A DNA stretch of 39,306 nucleotides from a virus (IMGVR_UViG_3300031922_000114:1-39306), one strand, 5' to 3'. Shown: positions 8,850 through 19,396, counted from the stretch's first letter. Notes: generated from the sequence alone by a model not told the origin. Program-made: numbers and translations.

Positions 8850-9069
8850 CTTCAATATCCCTTTCTAATTTTCTGATTTTTGCTTTGTTCTCATCTATTT
8901 CTTCAACCTCTATTTCAATAGTTTTACCGTAATTTCTTAATTCCTGAAAATCTATTTCTATCTCTTTATCTTCAAGCAATTTTGCAATTAAAGGTATGAG
9001 AAAAAATTGTCTTTCGTTAATCATAAAATGATTTGCTTCTTTTAAATCATCTATTTCTCTTTGTTCCAT
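8833..9069 (-). CDS. Hypothetical protein (78 aa)
   Basis: RBS AGAAAGGA; packed between the tail-tip gene and the holin. Confidence 0.7.
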   Translation of the reverse strand: MEQREIDDLKEANHFMINERQFFLIPLIAKLLEDKEIEIDFQELRNYGKTIEIEVEEIDENKAKIRKLERDIEDENNN

Positions 9070-9084
9070 AATTTTATCCTTTCT

Positions 9085-9876
9085 TTAAACCCAATTAGTT
9101 GTAATCCAGGTATCTTGCGTGCAATTAGCGCCACTTGTACCCATTGAACTACCATCAGCATTCCATCCAGAAGGGTTTCTCTGGACTTGCATATTATTTA
9201 TATAATGAGTATAGTCTGAAACAATACCACTATATTTAACACCGCGACATCTTATATATCCTCTAAATAACATTCCCCATGATCCTATTGTATTGCTCGA
9301 ACTTGAATATTCAAATCTTCCAGAGTTATTACATGAAGTCCAATTTCCATTGAACCACATGCTTCCACTTGAGGCACCTTTATTAATGTAAATTTCAGCT
9401 CTTACCCATGTGTTTGCATAGTATCTAACGGATGAATAACTAGTGAAGGTTGTCCCACCATTATATCTAGTTTGCCACCTTAATCTGCCATCACCAAGCC
9501 AATATAAAGACCAAAAACTAGAACCCGCTACGCAAGTCATGATTAATTTATCGTTATCATAGTCTTTCATACAAGATGATACATCTAAAGCGAAATTACT
9601 AGTGTTTGCATTCATACAAAATCTATCAGCAGGATATAAAATAGCATATCCACCACTAGTATCAATATAAAGTTGTTTGTCACCGTAATTAGTTACATCC
9701 TGCCTATTCCTAGTAATTCTCTTATTTCCACTAGTCGTACCTAAATAAAATTCTTGAGTGTTGTAACTTTCATTTGAACCTAAATCTTTATTACCACTAC
9801 TAGTTCCGGCAAATAAATTTTGACAGTTTTTATTTCCACTAGCACCGACAACTAATCTATCATCATATCTTCCCAC
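9085..9876 (-). CDS. Putative tail-tip adhesin or receptor-binding protein with a ConA/LamG-like C-terminal part
   Basis: Last tail gene; rich in S, N, G, Y and W; three N-terminal SGNK repeats; beta-rich segment SLYWLGDGRLRW...NTWVRAEI...MWFNG. Confidence 0.55.
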   Translation of the reverse strand: MGRYDDRLVVGASGNKNCQNLFAGTSSGNKDLGSNESYNTQEFYLGTTSGNKRITRNRQDVTNYGDKQLYIDTSGGYAILYPADRFCMNANTSNFALDVSSCMKDYDNDKLIMTCVAGSSFWSLYWLGDGRLRWQTRYNGGTTFTSYSSVRYYANTWVRAEIYINKGASSGSMWFNGNWTSCNNSGRFEYSSSSNTIGSWGMLFRGYIRCRGVKYSGIVSDYTHYINNMQVQRNPSGWNADGSSMGTSGANCTQDTWITTNWV

Positions 9877-9885
9877 ATTATCCTC

Positions 9886-11619
9886 CTAGTATTTGATATA
9901 AATTTCGCCATCCATAAGAGTTCCCGGATTACTAGTGCCATAACTTATCATTGCCAATTGCTTCCAACTTGACCAAGTACCACTACCATTTCTATTTCTT
10001 ATATACATTCGGTTGCTCACATCATCAAACGCTAATTGTGTGGTGTTTCTGTTCTCTCGTATATCTTTTAAAGTGAAAAGATACATCCAATTACTTGTTG
10101 GCATATTAGCACTTGTTCCGCCAGTCATCATATATATTGATGTTTCATTTATATTATTTGCATTTTCACTACTGTTTTGTGCTGTTTCAAGCCCACCTAT
10201 TTTTTTGCCTTTAGCATATACATCACCCATAACTTCAAGATCACCTGTATCAGCATTTAAAAACATTAATTCTTTTCCTATATCAACAATTCTCGTAATA
10301 TATACAGCTTCGAGTTTATCTACAATTTCAAACTGAAAAGAAAATGCTTTGGTGTTATCTAAACTTAATATCACATTAGTTACTTTGAAAGAATTATTAG
10401 TTATTTGAAAGACCATATCATTCCATGTCGTTGGATACTGTGTTCCCTGCTCTGAATATCTGTATCTAACACTTTGGATAGTATTCTTATTAATGCCGTT
10501 TAGAGTAAGCAAATTAAAACTACCATTCATTGTTATGGTAGTTTGATTCTCAAAGTTGTTCAATCTAGTTATTTCAGTATTACTTGTTGGGGTTTCATAT
10601 TCAACAATATTTATATCTTTATAAACAGTTGTACTATTCCCTCTGCTGTCTGTTGCTTTTATTGATAATCTTTTGATTCCAGCATTTGTAATTATCCCTA
10701 AATCAGCAGTTATCAATATATCAGAATAATTAATTGTAATATTTTTATCATCGCAAGTAGCAATGTAGTTTTTCGGTATCGAGTAATTCTTAGTTACCAT
10801 TTTGTTTTGTTCACTTATAACAATTCGCAATGTAGATTTATTTTTTACGATTACTTGATTGTTTTCTGTAATAATTACAACATTACCATTGCTATCTAAA
10901 TAATCAAAATTATTAAATATTGGATTACTATTTACTACCGCTGCCGTTGCTGTTTTAACAGATGATCCAATTTGATTAACACCACTGTAAGTAAAAATGG
11001 TGAATGTTAATAATGCAGTATTAGCATTAGGTATTCTTGAATATATCTCGTTAAGTTCACTTTGCGTTAATACCAAAGTATAATTTGGTGAAATATTTGC
11101 TCTATAACAAACATTCACCCCACTCAATGTGATATAAAGTTCATCTACAAAATTTGCTGAATACTTTGTAAGAGAAATATTAATGTTACTTCCTAAATTA
11201 AAGTTACTTATATCATTAAGTTTGCTCGCTCTTGCTATTTGTGGTAATTCCCAAGAACCAGATCCATTTGAATTATAAGAACCGTAATAATAAAAAGCCC
11301 CACCAGCACTTGCTGAGAAGCTTCCTTTACCTTCGTTGTCATGATAAATTGTTGCTGTCCCAGAAAAAGGCATTGTTCCATTATACGTTTGTTGAACAGT
11401 GGAATTACTTTGTGTATTCCCGTTAACTGTTACATATTTTTCTTTTACAGAAGTCCATCTTCCACTAGTACTTCCACCACCAGCTACTAATTTCCAACTT
11501 ATTATTGATATATTATCAGCAATACTTTGGCTTTGAAGATTCCAAGAAAATTCGTAATGATCTGGATATCCACCACCATTATATCCGGATGTATTAAATG
11601 ATCCATTTGTACTTGCCAT
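9886..11619 (-). CDS. Minor tail or fibre protein (DUF859-like N-terminus, pyocin-knob-like C-terminus)
   Basis: QSIADNIS, IYHDNEGKG, LPQIARAS and ATDSRG typical of siphovirus DUF859-type proteins; TQLAF...MYIRNR...WSSWKQL knob; terminal GEIYIKY. Confidence 0.75.
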   Translation of the reverse strand: MASTNGSFNTSGYNGGGYPDHYEFSWNLQSQSIADNISIISWKLVAGGGSTSGRWTSVKEKYVTVNGNTQSNSTVQQTYNGTMPFSGTATIYHDNEGKGSFSASAGGAFYYYGSYNSNGSGSWELPQIARASKLNDISNFNLGSNINISLTKYSANFVDELYITLSGVNVCYRANISPNYTLVLTQSELNEIYSRIPNANTALLTFTIFTYSGVNQIGSSVKTATAAVVNSNPIFNNFDYLDSNGNVVIITENNQVIVKNKSTLRIVISEQNKMVTKNYSIPKNYIATCDDKNITINYSDILITADLGIITNAGIKRLSIKATDSRGNSTTVYKDINIVEYETPTSNTEITRLNNFENQTTITMNGSFNLLTLNGINKNTIQSVRYRYSEQGTQYPTTWNDMVFQITNNSFKVTNVILSLDNTKAFSFQFEIVDKLEAVYITRIVDIGKELMFLNADTGDLEVMGDVYAKGKKIGGLETAQNSSENANNINETSIYMMTGGTSANMPTSNWMYLFTLKDIRENRNTTQLAFDDVSNRMYIRNRNGSGTWSSWKQLAMISYGTSNPGTLMDGEIYIKY

Positions 11620-11633
11620 GTTTTATCAGCCTC

Positions 11634-13808
11634 CTACGTTGTTTTAATCCAAGCCCAACCACGTTTTGTTGATGTTATTCTGGGCTGTATCTTAATTGGC
11701 GGCATTGATATCTGATTCTTGGCTAATAATTTGTCGAGTTCAGTTGTGTCACCATTTAAAGAAAAGACTCTTGCAACTATTCCATTAACATCCGCATAAC
11801 CAGCAAATTCTAACGGACTCATTATAGTATAACTTCCTTTATAAATACTCGATTTTACTAACACTCCATTATTATTAAGATTTACTTGAGCATTTAAGAT
11901 TTCATTTAGAGCTTGTGTGTATGGTATTTTACTTGTACCTACATTTCCTAAATTGTCCGTAAATGTGGCATCGGAGCCTTCGCTACCGTATATTTCTACA
12001 TAATAAAAAGACTGCTGTGGTAGGAGTCCTTTCAGTTCATAAGGTTTATAAAATATCTCTTCGTTTTCTGGTATTTGAATTATATATTCTTCTACATCAT
12101 TATAGATTCTAAAATAGCATGTTCCTATTAGACCTTTTTTTATTATTGTTGAAAACGTATAATAGGTTTTCTCTGATTGTGATATTGTTTCATCATCAGC
12201 TTTTACCGATATTAGCTGTCGAATTGTTCCGCCATTAAATAAAAATGCTCCACCAGATTTTGATCCATTACTTATTAATTCGGTATTAGATATATGTGAT
12301 ACATTTCCTTGTTTTAACCAATTTTGAAACTCGGCAAATCCAACACTATTTAATAATAAATTATTTCCGCCTTTCGAATTAATATCGAAGATAAACCCTT
12401 CCAAATTAATAGATAAATTATTTAGAGTATCTGCAAGACCTGTTATTCTATCAATACTCATTGATCCTACTGTTATTTTATCAGCTACTATTTGTCCATC
12501 AGAAGTCATCGCTAAATTAAATGGCCCTGATATTCCATTGTTTGAATGAGCTAATCCACCCAAATTCCAGCGCCATACTTTAATTGCTTCATTAGGATTA
12601 TCGTTATCCATTATATACAATTCTTCTCTTGTTTTAACAACATAACCACCCATAGCATTGATTAACATATTTGTCGCATTTTTTCTCGCTTCATCTAATT
12701 GTGTATTTGCTTTGGCAATCGCTTCCCTTATAGCCGTATTTGTATTTGTTATAAAGGATCCCTTTGGTTTAGGTTTATTTGAAAGTATAAATCTTATGTA
12801 TTTCTTTTTTAAGACATCATAAGTTGTTCCTATTACTTTCATTGTTTCTGTTAATCCCAGATGTTTGACTTCTGAGTCTACAAAGTCACCAATATAGACT
12901 TTTTCCATTACTGAATATTTTTCTTTATATTCAACTGTTTTAGATAGTTCAACAAAGTCAATATCAATTGTTATTAATGGTTTGTCAATTCCATTTTCAA
13001 ACTCTTTATAGATTGCTTCCCTTAATCGTTCATGAGCAATTTCTGATGTTATACCATTTTCTTCATCTATCGCTATATCTGGATATTCAATTTTTCGTAT
13101 CTTTGGTCCTGTATAATTATTTATAATTGGACTATCAATAAATAATTCAGGAACAAGCAATCCATCATAACCTATTGGCATGATTCTCGTTGCTATCCCT
13201 GTAATATCAATATCCCATTTTATTTCTTTTATATTTTTTCCATAGATGAGTTTCACTCCACTATTTGTTCCTATATTAGAATTAATTTCAAAATGATAAT
13301 TATTTCTAGTTAAAAAACCACCCCATATAGTAACAAAGGCATTTTCACTTGTTAGAAGCGCTTCTATAAAGTTTTTTCTTACATATCTAGCTGAATATAT
13401 ATCGGCAATGTCTGAAGATGCCGTGAACCTATTTTCATATTGCGTTCTCTCTAATATCCAATTAAGGCATCCGCTTCCATTTTGATTGGTTGGTGCTATA
13501 TCTACAAGAAAATTATCGGATAAGTCATAAAATATATGTTGACAATAAACTCTCATCTTTTTTAAGCCTTTTGATATAATCTTAATTCTAAAGAGTTGTT
13601 CTTCACCACTTTTACTACCTACATCTACTTTTATAATGTTTTCTTCTAAAATGAATTCAGATAAATATCCATTAATTTTATATTCAAATTCTAAATCATA
13701 CTTACCATTAAGATATTCTTCACAAGTACAAGACAATATATCTTTAAGGTTGCCATAACCATTATTATCGAAATCAATTTCGTTTCTACCATATATTCTC
13801 ATATCCAT
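11634..13808 (-). CDS. Tail-associated Tal/spike protein (prophage tail endopeptidase family)
   Basis: EEYLNGKYDLEFEY, QLFRI, HIFYDL, YGKNI, TRIMPIGYDGL and VWRWNLGGL; follows Dit; start may be ATG 13802. Confidence 0.85.
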   Translation of the reverse strand: MDMRIYGRNEIDFDNNGYGNLKDILSCTCEEYLNGKYDLEFEYKINGYLSEFILEENIIKVDVGSKSGEEQLFRIKIISKGLKKMRVYCQHIFYDLSDNFLVDIAPTNQNGSGCLNWILERTQYENRFTASSDIADIYSARYVRKNFIEALLTSENAFVTIWGGFLTRNNYHFEINSNIGTNSGVKLIYGKNIKEIKWDIDITGIATRIMPIGYDGLLVPELFIDSPIINNYTGPKIRKIEYPDIAIDEENGITSEIAHERLREAIYKEFENGIDKPLITIDIDFVELSKTVEYKEKYSVMEKVYIGDFVDSEVKHLGLTETMKVIGTTYDVLKKKYIRFILSNKPKPKGSFITNTNTAIREAIAKANTQLDEARKNATNMLINAMGGYVVKTREELYIMDNDNPNEAIKVWRWNLGGLAHSNNGISGPFNLAMTSDGQIVADKITVGSMSIDRITGLADTLNNLSINLEGFIFDINSKGGNNLLLNSVGFAEFQNWLKQGNVSHISNTELISNGSKSGGAFLFNGGTIRQLISVKADDETISQSEKTYYTFSTIIKKGLIGTCYFRIYNDVEEYIIQIPENEEIFYKPYELKGLLPQQSFYYVEIYGSEGSDATFTDNLGNVGTSKIPYTQALNEILNAQVNLNNNGVLVKSSIYKGSYTIMSPLEFAGYADVNGIVARVFSLNGDTTELDKLLAKNQISMPPIKIQPRITSTKRGWAWIKTT

Positions 13809-14521
13809 AAACCTCGATATTTTATTTTTAAACTTTCAAATGTTGAGTCATTTTCAAGAATAATTCTAGTGTTGCATTCAGGTCCATTTATAACGAAAGG
13901 CAGCCCATTAACTTTGTTATTAACATTTATTCCGCTTTCATCAATAGCATTCATAAACTCACAGTCAATTACAATTTTATTTATAATATCTTTAAAATGA
14001 AGTGGTTGATTATTGATATAGATTGTAATATTACCCGATCCAACAACTTCTAATATAGGGCTTACAGGATAATACGAATTGATATTAAAAATTTCTTCTT
14101 GAGTTGTTGTTTTATTTATTTCATATTCTTGTAGTGTTTTTGAAAAAGGTTGTATCTCAAAAGTTAAAGGAAACTTTCTATATTTTTTAAATAATCGTTC
14201 AATAGGTATAACATTAATTATTTTTGCTTCGTAATAGTATTCTGGATAATCAGATAAAATCAATTTACTAAAACCATCTAACCAAATTGGAAGCTCCATC
14301 ATGATCCTTTCAGTTTCTTCTTCGTTGGTAGAAATTAAGGTACATTCTATCTCTATTGATTTAGAATTGTAGACTTCTTCACTTTCAAATAACGAGCCAT
14401 TTCTACCTGGGATTTCTATTGTTTCCCCTCGTAGTTGTGGTTTTATTCTCGGTGGAATTTTATTTATTATTAGTTTATATTCTAGTGATGATTTATTTTT
14501 CCATATAAAATGTGGTTTCAT
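13799..14521 (-). CDS. Distal tail protein (Dit)
   Basis: FIWKNKSS...IEIPGRNGSL...WLDG...PEYYYEA...FEIQPF; lies between tape measure and Tal; ATG 14521 fits the RBS. Confidence 0.85.
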   Translation of the reverse strand: MKPHFIWKNKSSLEYKLIINKIPPRIKPQLRGETIEIPGRNGSLFESEEVYNSKSIEIECTLISTNEEETERIMMELPIWLDGFSKLILSDYPEYYYEAKIINVIPIERLFKKYRKFPLTFEIQPFSKTLQEYEINKTTTQEEIFNINSYYPVSPILEVVGSGNITIYINNQPLHFKDIINKIVIDCEFMNAIDESGINVNNKVNGLPFVINGPECNTRIILENDSTFESLKIKYRGLWI

Positions 14522-14522
14522 G

Positions 14523-17141
14523 TTATACTCCCCCATTTCCTAGTAATTCTTTTTTTGCAACAAAATCCATTTCTCGCATTATTTCTTCAACATCTTCTTT
14601 TCGATTGTTTTCAAAGTGTTCTATGTGGAGTGTAAGATTTACTACCTTGCTTGAATTATTAACATTTGTTAAGTTCCCACTATTCATTGCTGATAAGCCA
14701 TTAAATCCATAGTCTAGGTTACTTGGTACAAAGGTTGTTGTATCAATTAGGTTATCCATTGCATCTTCAACTTTATCAAGACCGTTATCAAGTCCTATAG
14801 CAAGTCCTTTGTCTATGTTTTCACCAAAATTCATAAATAAAGTTGATGGTGAGTTAATTCCAAAGAAACTTTTAAATGCATCAACAGCACCTTTCGCAAT
14901 ATTTTTAAGAGTATCTACAACTAAATTTTTAAGTGCTTTTAATCCAGCAACCAAACCTTCAATTATACTCTTTCCTATTGCTCCCCAATCTACATCTCCA
15001 AATGCTTTAAAAATTGCTTTCACTATTACGGGAATTGCTGCCACTAATTGTGGTATTGCTTTTGCAAGACCCTGTGCCAAAGCTATTATAATTTTTATAC
15101 CCATATCAATTATCATTGGAAGGTTCTGTGCTATGAAATCTATTAATTTTAATAAAACATTCAATATTCCCGCTATTATTTTATCGATATTATTGACTAT
15201 ACCTTGAGTTAAAGCAAGAAGAAGTTGTAATCCACATTCCAATAAAAAAGGAAGTTGTTCAACTATTGTGTCGAGCAACACAAAAATTAAATCTAGAATT
15301 CCAGATATTAAAGTGTCAGCATTTTCTGCAACGCCTAATGCCAATGTTGTGACAATCGCTACTGCACCTTGAATTAAAACTGGAACATTTGCCATAATCA
15401 CATCTAATAATTTCATAACAAGTTCAGTTCCTAAATTGATGAGATTTGGGAGTGATTCAGTGATTTTTGTCACAAAACCACTTATCAATTCTGGACCTTT
15501 AGTAATAGCAATATTTAGGATTTGATCTATTTGTTCACCAAATTGTTGCTGTGCTAAACCTAGTCCAGCAAGTACAAGTCCAATGATTGCCATCGGTCCA
15601 ATAATTTTTAGAGCTAAACCTAACATGCTCTTTAGCTGATTTGCTCCCTTCATTGCCACGTCACCAAGTGTTGAAAATACTTTTCCTACTCTTTCAGCGA
15701 CTCCTGATAAATGCTGATCAAAAAAATCACCGATTGGACCAGTGACTTTCGATATAATATTTCCAATTGGTGATACAGCTTTATCAATTAAACTTGGGAT
15801 TTTATTTAATAATGGAACTTTTGCAAATATAAAATCAAAGCCTTTTCCGACATTATCTGTGATTCCTTTTCCAAAGTTTAAGACTTCGCTTGTTCCCTTA
15901 GCAAATCCACCAGCCATTTTTTCTATGTTGGATGGTAGCGGAGCAATAATTTGAGTGAGTTTTCCTATTCCAACAAGGGCTGGTCCTGCTGCTGCAGCAA
16001 ATAATCCCATTTTCATGATATTATCCTTTTGAGCATCATCTAATTCAAACCATTTATTAATAAGATTATTTAATGGCGTCACATACTTATCTAGTATTGG
16101 AAGTAGTTTCGTACCAATTTCTTCAGTTAATGCTTCAAAATTGTTTTTTAATTGTAAAATTCTACCATAAGGGGTTGCTGCTAATGCATAATTCATTTCA
16201 CCTATTGAGCCTCTTAAAATTTCTGTTAATAGTTTTGCTCTTGTCATTTCATTACCAGTCTTAAGTATTTTCTCTTCTGCTTCTGTCCAACTATAACCAT
16301 ATCTTGAAAGAGCACCAAGTTGACCGTCCATAACTTTACCAAGCATAGTGGCGGTGTTTTGAACTTGCTCAGCTGATGCTTCATATCCATATTGCTGGGT
16401 CACAAGATCATTAAGAACAGGAATTAATTGATTTAATGTTTCAGTTTTATTTAAATAAGTTGCAAGTTCTTGAGCACCTGCCAACATAGTTGACTGCGAT
16501 ATAATTCCCTTTCGCTCTTCAACTTGTGTTAATTCTAGAACTGACTGTATTTGCAATTCAGTAGCTGTCATTCTTTCTTTCATAACTGTAATTAGTTTTG
16601 TTTCTTGTTGAATCTGATCATTAATTGCATCTATCGAGAGTTTTGCAAAGGCTATAAGTGGTGCAGTTACCCCAACAGTCATTGTCTTGCCAAAACTTTC
16701 TATCTTTTTACCAGCTAATTCGAGCTTATCACAAACCCTATCAATACCTGAGGACATATTATCCCACATATTAGGTTGGTCTCTTAGTTCCTTTTTAAGA
16801 TCCTTTAATTCATTCCCCATATTGTTCAAGGCTGCAGTTGCATTGTTTAATTTAATTTCTAAATTTTGGGTGGCAGTCGCATCCGCACCTTTTTCTTGAA
16901 CACTCTCTTGATATGCATTGCGAAGACCTTCAACTTTGCTTTTTTGTAATTCTATCTTTTCGGTTAATCCTGATATTTTGTTTTTTAAAGAATCGGTTGT
17001 AGTTCCGTAGTTTTGAAAAGTTGATTGCGATACTTTCATTTCGCTATCAAGAACTTTCATTTGCTTTTCGATACGAGTTACTCCTTGTTCAAACTCCTTA
17101 CTATCAAATAATATGCCTACTTTTAGTTTCCAATCTGCCAT
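14523..17141 (-). CDS. Tail tape measure protein (872 aa)
   Basis: Coiled-coil N-terminus, GKTMTVGVTAPL, AAAAGPAL, amphipathic repeats and FFGINSPS. Confidence 0.93.
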   Translation of the reverse strand: MADWKLKVGILFDSKEFEQGVTRIEKQMKVLDSEMKVSQSTFQNYGTTTDSLKNKISGLTEKIELQKSKVEGLRNAYQESVQEKGADATATQNLEIKLNNATAALNNMGNELKDLKKELRDQPNMWDNMSSGIDRVCDKLELAGKKIESFGKTMTVGVTAPLIAFAKLSIDAINDQIQQETKLITVMKERMTATELQIQSVLELTQVEERKGIISQSTMLAGAQELATYLNKTETLNQLIPVLNDLVTQQYGYEASAEQVQNTATMLGKVMDGQLGALSRYGYSWTEAEEKILKTGNEMTRAKLLTEILRGSIGEMNYALAATPYGRILQLKNNFEALTEEIGTKLLPILDKYVTPLNNLINKWFELDDAQKDNIMKMGLFAAAAGPALVGIGKLTQIIAPLPSNIEKMAGGFAKGTSEVLNFGKGITDNVGKGFDFIFAKVPLLNKIPSLIDKAVSPIGNIISKVTGPIGDFFDQHLSGVAERVGKVFSTLGDVAMKGANQLKSMLGLALKIIGPMAIIGLVLAGLGLAQQQFGEQIDQILNIAITKGPELISGFVTKITESLPNLINLGTELVMKLLDVIMANVPVLIQGAVAIVTTLALGVAENADTLISGILDLIFVLLDTIVEQLPFLLECGLQLLLALTQGIVNNIDKIIAGILNVLLKLIDFIAQNLPMIIDMGIKIIIALAQGLAKAIPQLVAAIPVIVKAIFKAFGDVDWGAIGKSIIEGLVAGLKALKNLVVDTLKNIAKGAVDAFKSFFGINSPSTLFMNFGENIDKGLAIGLDNGLDKVEDAMDNLIDTTTFVPSNLDYGFNGLSAMNSGNLTNVNNSSKVVNLTLHIEHFENNRKEDVEEIMREMDFVAKKELLGNGGV

Positions 17142-17157
17142 TTGCCACCACCTTTCT

Positions 17158-17355
17158 TTACATTATTTCATCAATAAATGCTAGTTGTTCTTGCGAATCA
17201 TCTCTACCACTTTTAAATCTGCCATATATTCTTGCTTTTATAATTAAAATTCGTGGTGTGGATTTCCAAAAATCTTCTTCACTTAAGTGTAAGATTTCTT
17301 TGCCTAAAAAATAAAGCCATTCCCAGTCAAGCCCACTAGATGATTCGCTTGTTAG
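17158..17355 (-). CDS. Tail assembly chaperone C-terminal frame (gpT-like), reached by -1 frameshift
   Basis: Frame LTSESSSGLDWEWLYFLGKEILHLSEEDFWKSTPR...DEIM* opens at the slippery heptamer A AAA AAC (17361-17355); no good independent start. Confidence 0.8.
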   Translation of the reverse strand, partial: LTSESSSGLDWEWLYFLGKEILHLSEEDFWKSTPRILIIKARIYGRFKSGRDDSQEQLAFIDEIM

Positions 17356-17702
17356 TTTTTTTCTTTCTGGTCCTCTAGTTCATTTTCTTCAATTGCCTCA
17401 CTCATAAGATTAGTAATTGCTTTTTCAACTGCGACAAAAGAATTAATATCAACTAATTTACCAACTTCATGTTCTGATAGCGTTTCATCATTTGATTTTA
17501 AACAAGCATAAACAAAAGTTCTCACTGCTGATAACTTTTTCTTTTTTAACTCTACGATGGCATTTTGAATTGTGTCGTATTTATCTTCTAGTTCTGCCAT
17601 CGCATTAAGGTCAAATGTTAATTCGTAATCTTTACCTTGTAATGATATTTTTGTTGGTTTAATTTGCAAATCTTTGCCTTTCGTTTTCTTTATATTTGTC
17701 AT
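17352..17702 (-). CDS. Tail assembly chaperone (gpG-like)
   Basis: ELTFDLNAMAELEDKY; lies between major tail and tape measure; ends GAA AAA AAC TAA. Confidence 0.85.
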   Translation of the reverse strand: MTNIKKTKGKDLQIKPTKISLQGKDYELTFDLNAMAELEDKYDTIQNAIVELKKKKLSAVRTFVYACLKSNDETLSEHEVGKLVDINSFVAVEKAITNLMSEAIEENELEDQKEKN

Positions 17703-17704
17703 TC

Positions 17705-18319
17705 TTATTCTCCCTCCGGTGCTTCAGGTACTGTACTTGGTTCTGGAACTAAGTTAAAGAAGTTGTTTATTTTTGATTGATCAGCTGATTCATCATCAGA
17801 GTCAATCATCATTCGCCAGTTTCCATCATATTCTCTAGTGTAAAATTTACCTTTTATCTTTGTAGATTTAGGACTGATTTTCTCGCCTTTAGTTTCAAAT
17901 TCATCTTCTATTTCGGAGAATATTCCTTTATAGTAAACACAATAGCGATGTACTGGTTTAGCTGCTGTACTATTTGATTTTTCACTTCTAAATAAAAGTG
18001 CAAGTTTAGGTGGTGTATCATTTGCATTTTCTACCAACTCACCATTCTTGTAACTTTTTCCTAATATTAAAGCCCTTTCCTGTAAAGTTAGAGCTGATTG
18101 CTCAATTTCTACATCAATTACTGGTGGTGCTTTTAACTCATCTTCCATTGAATCATCGCTATATACTGCCTCACTTGTTACATTTGGTGTAATTTTAGCA
18201 GTGATTGCACGGCCTATCTTGATTGGTTCTTCATATACTGTTCCTGCTGGTCCATCGCTTGTTAAAAGTGCGATATGAACATCTTTCAAGCCAATTTGTC
18301 TTGGTGTATTTTTTTCCAT
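17705..18319 (-). CDS. Major tail protein, phi13 family
   Basis: IGLKDVHIA, YSDD, PPKLALLF, YKGIFSE and ETKGE. Confidence 0.9.
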   Translation of the reverse strand: MEKNTPRQIGLKDVHIALLTSDGPAGTVYEEPIKIGRAITAKITPNVTSEAVYSDDSMEDELKAPPVIDVEIEQSALTLQERALILGKSYKNGELVENANDTPPKLALLFRSEKSNSTAAKPVHRYCVYYKGIFSEIEDEFETKGEKISPKSTKIKGKFYTREYDGNWRMMIDSDDESADQSKINNFFNLVPEPSTVPEAPEGE

Positions 18320-18322
18320 AGT

Positions 18323-18664
18323 CTATTCGACCTCCTTTAAATTTTCTAAAATAAATCTCATTCCTTTGTGAAATAACTTTGTATCAAACTCGTATAATTC
18401 TTCTTCTTCATCCAAATAAAAATCAGCATTTTCCATTGCCAATTTGATTTGAATTTCATATTCTTGATATTCCCCAGACTTTGCCCATAAATCAACTTGT
18501 ACTGTATATGATGATATGTATAATTTATCATCATACCTTTCGTACTCTATATCATAAATAAAATAGGTAATATAAAACGCATTTTTTGGTTCAGTTATGT
18601 ATCTATGCCCTATTGGTAATCCAATTGGTTTTAAAGCATTATTAAGCTTTTCTTTTATTGTCAT
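18323..18664 (-). CDS. Tail terminator or completion protein
   Basis: YITYF...VQVDLW...YEFDTKLFHKGMRF; position before the major tail gene. Confidence 0.8.
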   Translation of the reverse strand: MTIKEKLNNALKPIGLPIGHRYITEPKNAFYITYFIYDIEYERYDDKLYISSYTVQVDLWAKSGEYQEYEIQIKLAMENADFYLDEEEELYEFDTKLFHKGMRFILENLKEVE

Positions 18665-19077
18665 AATTTCAACATTTCCCTTATTCTTTCACTAAAAATA
18701 TTTAAGCAAACTTTTTTTTCTTTTTTCATTGATTTATATATGAATGGTTGTTTTGGATAATTCTTATTTGACGTTCCCCACTCAACAAACTTGGCATAGT
18801 AATAATCCGAATTGTCTGATTTTTCCCAACCATACTCAATGCTTCGTGTTTTTCCATCTCGTATTAACTTTAGTGGTATATTATCAGCCATATGACCATC
18901 GCCATATTTTCCGATATGTCCTTTCTTGTTTCTAGCAGCCGTTGATTTCGCTTTTTTATATGCTGGTTGTATTGCATCATAAAGTGCCGAATCAACTGAA
19001 CCGCTATCAAGAAGTTTCGACATATCTTTTAAGTCTTTCATCATATCATTAATTCCATCAAATGTAATTCTTGCCAT
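18661..19077 (-). CDS. HK97 gp10-family neck protein
   Basis: HMADNI...YYAKFVEWGTS...QPFI. Confidence 0.88.
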   Translation of the reverse strand: MARITFDGINDMMKDLKDMSKLLDSGSVDSALYDAIQPAYKKAKSTAARNKKGHIGKYGDGHMADNIPLKLIRDGKTRSIEYGWEKSDNSDYYYAKFVEWGTSNKNYPKQPFIYKSMKKEKKVCLNIFSERIREMLKL

Positions 19078-19078
19078 G

Positions 19079-19396
19079 TTACTTATCCTCTTTTGTTATA
19101 ATCTTTAGATAAGGCTCTTCACTTGCAATATCAATGATTTTAAAGATTTTATTGTTCCACTTAATAATATTCTCTTCAGTCGTTATCTCAAAGCTTTTAC
19201 AATTCAATATTGTAAAATTGACTTCAATCCGACTTACAAACTTATTGTCTTCAATTATTGCTTTTATTATTTTATTCTCAACATTAGCAAAACAATTTCT
19301 AATATTTCTAGTTTCTATTTGTTCATCACCACTCGATGTGGTTGTTATAATGCGTTCTAATATTTCAATTTTTTTGTCTAACTTACCCGGATTCAT
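19079..19396 (-). CDS. Head closure protein (SPP1 gp16-like head-tail adaptor)
   Basis: MNPGKLDKKIEI N-terminus; synteny. Confidence 0.85.
   Translation of the reverse strand: MNPGKLDKKIEILERIITTTSSGDEQIETRNIRNCFANVENKIIKAIIEDNKFVSRIEVNFTILNCKSFEITTEENIIKWNNKIFKIIDIASEEPYLKIITKEDK

Noticed and set aside
8847-8855. Lambda S-like dual-start motif (MKM) in the holin
   Set aside because: The first codon is TTG only about 2 nt from the RBS, so only ATG 8849 is properly spaced
9085-11619. Diversity-generating retroelement acting on the Asn/Tyr/Ser-rich tail-tip genes
   Set aside because: No reverse transcriptase and no template/variable repeat pair seen in the window
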